Below are positions 20,552 through 27,162 of a stretch of DNA of 27,162 bases, one piece after another. Source of the stretch: an uncultured delta proteobacterium (lineage in GTDB: Bacteria; Myxococcota_A; Polyangia; Polyangiales; Polyangiaceae); contig CAVQUB010000031.1 in assembly GCA_963716725.1 (NCBI GenBank), positions 1-27,162 of the forward strand, written 5' to 3'. The translations under genes and the position numbers were made by a program. The number at the start of each line of letters is the position of its first letter. Position 1 is the first letter of the stretch. Below the pieces are notes generated by a model. It made no database searches. It was not told the origin of the DNA and saw only the letters and a program-made list of their open reading frames with translations.

Positions 20552-22070
20552 TCTTCGCCTGCGCTTTCTCCGGGCGCTCCCGCAGCGTCACGACCACGCG
20601 CGTCCCGCCGCCCGCGCGGTCCAACAGCTCGATGCTGCCATCGTGCGCCTCGACGATGCCCTTTGATACCGCCAGACCCAAACCCGAGCCACCCCGGCGG
20701 CCCGAGAAGAAGGGCTCGAAGGCGCGGATGCGCAACGAGTCCGGCACGCCCGGCCCGCAATCGGCAACGGTGATCCGGTAGCCCCCGGGAGCGCCTCACC
20801 GGTCACCTCGACCACCGCGCTCGAGTCCGTGGCCTGGATGGCGTTCCGCAGGAGATTCTGGACCACCTGCCGCACCCGGACCACGTCCACCGCGCGTTCG
20901 GCCGGCTCGACTTCGGTCGCGATGGTCCGTCCCTTGGCGTCGGCGCTCGCCCCAAACCGATCGGCGGCCTGGCGGACCACCTCGTCCATCGGAGCACGCT
21001 CGACGACCAGCTCGCCGGATTTTGCGTAGCTCAAGAGATCCTCGGCGATGCGCTGGCAGGCGACGGCCTCTTCGTCGAGGATGGCGAGCTCCCCGGCCAG
21101 ATCGTCGTCCGCTTCCTTGCGCATGGTGGCGACGTAGCCCCGAATCACGGCGATGGGATTGTTGATCTCGTGGGCCACCCCCGCGGCGAGCTGCCCGATG
21201 GCGGCCATCCGCTCATTCGCCACCAGCTGCTTCTGATGAAGTCTGAGCTGCTCGGCCATCCTATCGAAGGCGTGGGCCAAGAGCCCCAACTCACCCTGGC
21301 CGACCTCGCCGACGCGGGTGTCCAGATCACCCGTCCCCAAGCGCTGCGCTGCCGCGGTCAGGGTGGCGAGGGGTCGCAACACCACCCGGCGCAAGCTGAG
21401 CGCGAGCGCCGCTGCGACCGCGGCCAAGAGCGCGATGCCGGCGATGCTCGACCACCATGCCATGCGCGCGGCGGAGATGGCGTGCATGTGGGCCCCAGCC
21501 ATCAGGTCCTCCACGCCCCGCGCCACGAGATCAGCTTCCGCCGCCGCAGCCATCGACAGCTCCTCGATGCGGGCGTGGGGGCCGCGGATCGCCGCCAGAT
21601 CACGCTGCCCGAGGGCCGGCACGATTTCGCCGCGGAAATACCCGATCCACCTTGCGACTCGCGTCGCCGATGGAGTCGACGCGGCGGCGCTCCGACGCGG
21701 GAACGGCGCCGCGGAGCGTGCTCGCCGCGACGCTGACCTTCGCAGCCCAGTGCTCGTAGTGCGGCAAGTGGTCCAGGTTGCCGTGCACGATGCAGTGGGC
21801 CACGTGGATGTACTGCTCGCGAATCGCGGCCGCGAGGCCCAAGCTGTCCCGGATCGCCATCTCGTCGGCACGCATCTGTTCCAAGTTGGCGTTCACCCCC
21901 CGCAGCAGCGTGAGGTGCACGACGCTGAGCCCCGCCGCGATGATCCAGACGATCAAGAATGCGGCGGAGAGTTGGCGGCCGATGCGGCGAGGCGGCTCCG
22001 CATGGGGCGCCCTGCGGCCGCTCAGGGCTGTTGGCGCGGCGAGGCCTTCGGCGGCAGAGTCGGCGGTCAT
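20544..22070 (-). CDS. HAMP sensor histidine kinase with His-rich periplasmic domain (CorS-like), frameshifts near 21650 and 20780
   Basis: Two TM segments; REQYIHVAHCIVHGNLDHLPHYEHW; HAMP; H-box AHEINNP; NLLRNA; DCGPG; FEPFFS; GSGLGL. Confidence 0.9.
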
Positions 22071-22240
22071 TTCGTCCCGAAAGGTACCAGAACCCCTGCA
22101 CATGCACGCCTGTCGACCGCAGGCAGCCGGAAAACGAGACGCACGCCGCGGCGCGCGCGCGAGGAACACTCGCGTCGGGGGGAAGGTCACGTGCCTCCGC
22201 TTCCCGGCTGCGCGCTGAAGACGCGTGCAATCGCCACTGA

Positions 22241-22390
22241 ATGCCGTTCGACGCCTCCGTCGTGCGCAGCTATCGGGTCGGCGCCTTCCCGACCAACTAC
22301 TTCGTCTCGAAAGAGGGCCAGATCACCGGCCACACCGTGGGCATGAGCACGCGCGTCGGCATGGGTGCGCGGCTGGGGTGTGCGCGGTGA
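22241..22390 (+). pseudogene. C-terminal fragment of a TlpA/redoxin-like gene
   Basis: DASVVRSYRVGAFPTNYFVSKEGQITGHTVGMSTRVGMGARLGCAR* resembles the thioredoxin-fold cis-Pro region; differences from copy 1 are synonymous or conservative in this frame; no CxxC N-terminus. Confidence 0.65.
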
Positions 22391-22628
22391 GGGTGGCCCC
22401 TTCGACCGGAAAGACCTTCTCCGCCACTTCTGGGCCGTAGAGCCGGTCCGCCAGTCTGTTCCGCACAGCGCGGTCGGCGAGCGCAGGGGCGTCGGCCCTG
22501 ATCGCAGCCTCGGCAAGCGTTCTCACCATGGTGCTCAACCGAAGCGCAATCGCCAGGCGCTCAACGGGCGACCTCTCCGCGAGCAGTTCGAAATAGCGCG
22601 TCTCGGCGGCGGGCGACGTGTCGTGCAA
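22323..22628 (-). CDS. Small helical hypothetical protein (~101 aa)
   Basis: TTG after GGAGG; HDTSPAAETRYFELLAERSPVERLAIALRLSTMVRTLAEAAIR..LYGP; substitutions between copies include synonymous Arg codons and D/E. Confidence 0.7.
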   Translation of the reverse strand: MHDTSPAAETRYFELLAERSPVERLAIALRLSTMVRTLAEAAIRADAPALADRAVRNRLADRLYGPEVAEKVFPVEGATLTAHTPAAHPCRRACSCPRCGR

Positions 22629-22637
22629 GGTCCCTCC

Positions 22638-22667
22638 AGTATAGGGCGGGCGCACCAGCGCTCGCAA
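22638..22667 (-). promoter_or_regulatory. Candidate sigma70 promoter of the small ORF
   Basis: TTGCGA-N18-TATACT; copy 1 has TTGCGA-N18-TATTCT. Confidence 0.5.
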
Positions 22668-22937
22668 CCAGCGGTGCAGGTGCACGCGCGTGGGCATGAA
22701 CACGCGGCTCGGGTGTGCGCGGAGAGGCTGCCAGAGGCGTCCGCCGGAGCCGTTCTGGCCGTAGCGCTTGCGACCGTGCTGGCAGCGGAGGGCAGATCGC
22801 GGTGAACCTGCGCCGCTCGTAGAAGGCCCCGTCGGTCCGGCTTGGCACCCATGTGGCCGGTCCGGTTTGTCAGCTGTGTGGCCGGCTTGATTTGTTACCT
22901 CTTTAGCCGGTCTGGACCGGCGAATTGTGTTGAGATC

Positions 22938-22950
22938 TAACCGGCCAATC
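22938..22950 (+). repeat. Left inverted repeat
   Basis: TAACCGGCCAATC. Confidence 0.75.
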
Positions 22951-23156
22951 TCGGGTCGCCGATATGGGCGATTCGTTCTGTTCCCTCTGCCCCGAGTTGG
23001 CCCGTGCCGTGTCGAATCAGCCATGATCACGGCGGAAGAAAGTGAGAGGGCCCGGATGGTCACTTCCGAGCCCTCAGGTCGTCGCGGTGGTCGCGGTCGA
23101 CGGCGCTACCCTCGCATGCCACCCCGTGCTGCGGCCAGCTTTCTGCATTCGCAGCG

Positions 23157-23801
23157 GTGGTCGTTTTTCAGCAGGCGAAGTGTTCTCGCGTTGGATGCCA
23201 CAACGTGCTCGACGTTTGCCCGGCGTGCAACTACGGCAGGCTGTTCTGCGACCCGGAGTGCCGACGCTTGTCGCGCGAAGCGTCCGTGCGCCGGTACCGC
23301 CGCAGCAAGCTGGGGCACACGACGACGGCGGCGCGAGTGGCTCGCTGGCGTGAGCAGCAGAAAAATGTAACGCACAGCACAGCCGAAAAACTTGGCCATC
23401 GTGAGATGGTCGTCCCGTTCGTAGCCGAGGCCGTCGTTGGGGCGGCATCGAGCTCGGAGCGGGAGTCGACCCATGAGCTCGATTTGGATGGGCGTTGCAC
23501 CTGGGCCCCAGGAGATGCGCGTGCTCGCAATGGCCGGCCCGAGCGAGACGATTCTAAAGGCCCGGTTGCTGCGCCCGCCGACGCACCCTCGGGCGTTGCC
23601 GCTTCTGCTCGAGGCGCTGGCGCTGTGGCAGGGGCAACCGGTCCGCGTTGCGCTCGCTGCGGAAGAGCGGGGCGTCGAAGCGGACTTGTCAGCCTACGAT
23701 GGGATCCCAATCGACAACGGGGCGCCGCTGTACACCGTGGACTGGGTACCACCGCCCGCTCGCGTTCGTCGCCGTCATCGCGACCTCGTGGGCGTCGGTG
23801 A
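23157..23801 (+). CDS. Cys-rich putative Zn-binding basic protein
   Basis: CSRVGC, CPAC, FCDPEC, Arg-rich helix, KNVTH, distal CARCGR; start uncertain (out-of-frame ATG at 23116). Confidence 0.6.
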   Translation: MVVFQQAKCSRVGCHNVLDVCPACNYGRLFCDPECRRLSREASVRRYRRSKLGHTTTAARVARWREQQKNVTHSTAEKLGHREMVVPFVAEAVVGAASSSERESTHELDLDGRCTWAPGDARARNGRPERDDSKGPVAAPADAPSGVAASARGAGAVAGATGPRCARCGRAGRRSGLVSLRWDPNRQRGAAVHRGLGTTARSRSSPSSRPRGRR

Positions 23802-23847
23802 ATTCTGCGATTTGAGGCAGATGCTGCTCTTCGGAGTGCCTCGATGA
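23473..23847 (+). CDS. Hypothetical protein (124 aa), overlapping the upstream ORF
   Basis: GGGAG RBS before ATG 23473; globular-looking composition; stop overlaps next ATG (ATGA). Confidence 0.8.
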   Translation: MSSIWMGVAPGPQEMRVLAMAGPSETILKARLLRPPTHPRALPLLLEALALWQGQPVRVALAAEERGVEADLSAYDGIPIDNGAPLYTVDWVPPPARVRRRHRDLVGVGEFCDLRQMLLFGVPR

Positions 23848-24144
23848 CCGCGCCCAGCCCCGACGGCGCGAGCAGCGCCACGGCCGTCCTCGCAGCGCTC
23901 GAGGTGCGCAATCTCACGCCCTTGCTCGAGGACGTCTGCCGTCGTCGTGGCGTGGTTCGGGAAGAGCTCTGCGGCCGAGCTCGGACCTCGAGCGTGTCAC
24001 GTGCACGCCAGGAAGCTCTGGTGGCTGATTCGTAATCAGTCCGATCGCCATTACAGCCTCCTGGAGATTGCATCGCTGTTCCGTCGCGATCACGCCACCG
24101 TGCACCACGGCATCCGAGCGCACCAGCGACGTGCAGTGCCATGA
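23844..24144 (+). CDS. Stand-alone DnaA C-terminal (domain IV)-like HTH protein, one frameshift at ~24013
   Basis: Removing one A gives LLEDVCRRRGVVREELCGRARTSSVSRARQELWWLIR..YSLLEIASLFRRDHATVHHGIR; ATGA overlaps at both ends. Confidence 0.8.
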
Positions 24145-25191
24145 GCAGCAGCCTGCAATGCGACCTCGGTACCGCCTTGCGCGTGGTCGCGCACTCGGAG
24201 ATTGGCCATTCGCTCGTGGATGCCAATGGCGTGGTCGCCGAGGTTCATGAGTTTCTCTCGGCACTCGGGGTCCGCGGATTATCCCGGCGTACGGTCCGGG
24301 CGTACGCATATGATCTGCTGCTGCTCTATCGATGGATGCGTGCTGAGGGGCGCTCGCTTCGGCAGCTCGAGGCACGCGACTTGTTGGGGTTCATCGCAGC
24401 GCAACGCAAGGCCGGCGCAGAGCCACGCTCAATCAATCGCCGGTTGACCACAGCCCGCCTTCTGTATCGCTTCTGGATGAATCGAGAGCTCGGCGTCGGC
24501 TCTCGCGTGAGCTTGCCCGCTGCGCACTACAAGGGGCCCGGTCGTGATCACGACCTCGGCATTCACCGGCTCCGACGACGCGGCGTGCTCAAGCTCCGTG
24601 TCCAAGAGCCGCGCAAGCTCGTCGAGCCGCTCACGCCCGAGCAGGTGCGAGCGTTCCTTCGCAGTCTCACCCGCTACAGGGATCTCGCCATCACCCATTT
24701 CATGCTCCTGTGCGGCCTTCGCTCGGCTGAAGTTCTCGGGCTCGAGCTTGCCGACGTCGTTTTCAGCGACGGCCGTGTTCGCGTCTGCGGCAAAGGGCAG
24801 CGCGACCGCGCACTGCCCTTGCCGCTCGTGCTCTCACGCACGTTGCGGCGGTACCTCGAGCTCGAGAGGCCCAGGCAGTGTAGCAAGCCGAGTCTGTTCG
24901 TCGTCTTACAGGGTAAGCGCCGCGGCCAGCCCATGACGCCGGCTGGACTGAGGAGCTTGTTCCGGCATCGTCGTCGCCGGCGCGTGCTCGCGATCGCCAA
25001 CCCCCACCGGTTTCGACACACGTTCGGGGCCGACATGGCGCGCGCTGGTGTGCGCTTGCCCGTTCTGCAACAGATGATGGGCCATGCCGATTCTGAAGAC
25101 AACACTGCAGTACGTACGGTTGTCCATGGCCGACGTGGCCGACGAGTTCCGGCGCGCGCTCAAGAAAATCGCCGCCCGCTATCGGCAATGA
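24141..25191 (+). CDS. Tyrosine recombinase 1, one frameshift at ~25093
   Basis: TVRAYAYDL core-binding motif; catalytic set GLRSAE, GKG, HRFRH, MGH and, after correction, TTLQY; stop 25189-25191. Confidence 0.9.
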
Positions 25192-25200
25192 GATTGCATC

Positions 25201-26581
25201 ATGGCGCGCCGCGACCCCCTCGCCCATCTGCCCCCTTTCGCGCTCGAATTCTTGCAGCGCGAGCCGAGAGCGCGCGGCGTTCTGAGCCAATTTCCACCTT
25301 TGGTTGAAGGCCAGCTGCCGGCCGATCCTGCAGCTCGAGAGCTCGGAAATCGATCGCTTCCTTCAGCAGCCATCCAAGGCGCCGGTGCCCGAGCATGTGC
25401 GCGCCCGCCAACGCCGCCTCGCCCTGATGTATTTCGAGTGGCTTCATGCACGTGGTCTCCTCGGCTTCGACCCGCGTTGCGCTTGGCCGCGTTCGAATTT
25501 CCCGCTGCCACCACATGCCAGCCGCTTCCTCGAATTGCTCAAACCCACGCACTCGCTGCAGACCGGTACGCGCCTATCAAACCCATCTCCGACAGTTTCA
25601 CATCTGGCTCAACGCCAACCATGTGTCTCTCGTCGGCCTGGAGCGTTCACACATCGAGTCCTGGCTCGCCTGGCTCCACGCTCGCCACCTCGCTGCCTGC
25701 ACCCGAGTTCACGCCATCCAGAACATCCGCGCGTACCTCGAGTCGCTCGAAGAGCAGCGCGTGCTCTCTGTGCCCGCCGACACATTGATCCGTGGCAGCG
25801 ACCTGCCGAAGCTCCCCAAGTACCTGCCTCGCCCGGTTCCTCCTGACACCGACCTCCTCCTTCAGCGCCGGTTCAAGAAGTCCGGGTGCATGTATCAGCT
25901 CGGTTTGCTCCTGATGCGACGCACCGGACTTCGCATCGGCGAGCTCATCGCATTACCGTACCACTGCATCCGCACCGACCACAGCGGCAACACCCTGCTC
26001 AAGGTCCCGCTCGGCAAGCTCGCCACCGAGCGGCTGGTCCCGCTCGATCCGGCGCACCGTCACGCTCGTTTCCAGATTGCGGCGGACAGGCCCGCGTAAG
26101 CGCACCCTGCTGCTCGCAACTGCCGCCGGTCGCAAGACCCTTTACGGGTCCTATAGAGAAGCACTTCGCGAGGCCTGCCGTGGCATTCAGTTCGCCGAAC
26201 CGATGACGACGCATCGCCTCCGTCACACCTACGCGACATCGCTCCTGGCCGCAGGAATGAGCCTTCCCTCGGTCATGCGATTGCTCGGCCACACCGCTAC
26301 CGCATGACCCTGCGATACGCGGGGATCACCGGCACCACCGTGTTCGCCGAATTCGCCGCGGCACTCGAGCGAATTGCCGAGCGCTACCCCGTGATCACTC
26401 CCACGGCTGCTACCGCCTCACCCCCCGCTCCGGAGCCCCTCAAGTTGCTGGCCGACCTCGCTAGATACGTGCAGAAGCGCACCCAAGACGATGGGCTGAT
26501 CGCTTCGCACGCATGCTCGTCCGACGTGTCCGCCGACTGCAAGCCGATCTCCGCAGACTGCTTCGCAAATCTCCGCGCTGA
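25201..26581 (+). CDS. Tyrosine recombinase 2 with N- and C-terminal extensions, ~5 frameshifts
   Basis: Across frames: PKLPKYLPRP, TGLRIGEL, VPLGKLATERLVP, HRLRHTYATSLL, LLGH, MTLRY; reconstructed end VRRLQADLRRLLRKSPR* at 26581. Confidence 0.85.
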
Positions 26582-26593
26582 GGAGCGCGGCAC

Positions 26594-26606
26594 GATTGGC
26601 CGGTTA
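26594..26606 (-). repeat. Right inverted repeat
   Basis: GATTGGCCGGTTA. Confidence 0.75.
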
Positions 26607-26789
26607 ATTGACCCACTTTCGGACGACTCGCGTTCGCGCTTCGTCGAGTGCGTGGAAGTCGGCCCTCGCACGCACGAGGTCGAGCGCTCGCGTCGTTTCG
26701 CATGCGCGACGACCTTCGACGCGTCCGAGTGCTGAGAACGCGTCCAGCGTGGCAGCGGCGAGGCCCAGGTTCGCGTGTTATGCGAAGAC

Positions 26790-26939
26790 ATGCACGCCTC
26801 GCCCTCGCCCTCGCCCTCGCCCTCGCCCTCGCCCTCGCCCTCGCTCGCTGCTCTCACCGATGCCGAGCTCATCGCGCGCTTGCCGGAGGTTCGTCGCGAC
26901 GAGCGCCGAGCCATCGCCGAGGTCATTGCCTGTCGCTGA
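26790..26939 (+). pseudogene. Truncated N-terminus resembling myxobacterial DUF222-like/HNH proteins
   Basis: MHA(SP)7SLAALTDAELIARLPEVRRDERRAIAEVIAC then stop; no continuation evident. Confidence 0.5.
26799..26843. repeat. Hexanucleotide microsatellite (TCGCCC)7+
   Basis: Seven perfect TCGCCC units plus TCG. Confidence 0.95.
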
Positions 26940-27162
26940 TCGCCGTGGAACAAAGCAGCGCTCAGAAACCGAGACACTGCGCCGAACGGCGCGCGATGAA
27001 ATCCGGGTCGCGGCACGTGCCATGGAAATCCAACGCGCGAGTGCGGGAGCATGACGGCAACTGGGTCAGCTTCACTGACGCCGGGCGGCGCTACTCAGCG
27101 GATCAACTTCATACCAGCCAGACCGAAGAACTAATTGCAGTTTCTCGAAACAGTCGCAAGAA

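Larger units (their letters stand above)
22303..22707 (+). repeat. Direct repeat copy 2 (405 bp)
   Basis: Counterpart of 14832..15177, same orientation. Confidence 0.95.
22938..26606 (+). mobile_element. Putative tyrosine-recombinase mobile element (two recombinases plus three accessory genes) with 13-bp terminal inverted repeats
   Basis: TAACCGGCCAATC at 22938 and its exact reverse complement at 26594-26606, 12 bp after the reconstructed stop of recombinase 2; genes co-oriented and tightly coupled. Confidence 0.75.

Noticed and set aside
23844..24144. Chromosomal dnaA / oriC
   Set aside because: Only domain IV-like part, no AAA+ domain, no dnaN, no DnaA-box cluster seen.
24141..26735. Canonical RIT element with three recombinases
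   Set aside because: ORF-track fragments after 25201 join into one recombinase; only two catalytic sets exist.
27050..27162. Gene in the lower-GC window end
   Set aside because: Too short; no recognisable motif in any frame.

Overview
High-GC window whose gene content (Hanks kinases, PEGA/TPR, FGE-sulfatase-fold lipoproteins, bEBP two-component system) suggests Myxococcota, probably Polyangiales-like (inference). 1-12.2 kb: 3' part of an HNH gene; a minus-strand cluster of a PEGA/TPR gene, three paralogous Cys-rich FGE/CLec-fold lipoproteins (one intact, one frameshifted, one internally deleted), a Ser/Thr kinase and a repeat-rich FGE lipoprotein whose 3' end resembles a DGR variable region; then a Cys-rich lipoprotein and a second kinase divergent from an ECF sigma factor. 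12.2-14.8 kb: lipoprotein, two LuxR-type HTH genes and a PhcB-like SAM methyltransferase. 14.8-22.7 kb: a copper module (beta-propeller lipoprotein, CopA, metal-binding lipoprotein with sigma54 promoter and tandem UAS, CorSR-like system) between two 346/405-bp direct repeats that contain repeated copies of the 3' end of a TlpA-like gene. 22.9-26.6 kb: the best novelty candidate, a 3.67-kb element with 13-bp perfect terminal inverted repeats encoding a Cys-rich protein, an overlapping ORF resembling an inactive RNase H/IS110-like fold, a stand-alone DnaA domain IV-like HTH and two tandem tyrosine recombinases. Many single-base frameshifts from ~16.3 kb onward look like uncorrected read errors, so pseudogene status there is uncertain. 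All family assignments are from motifs recognised by eye; no database search was run.
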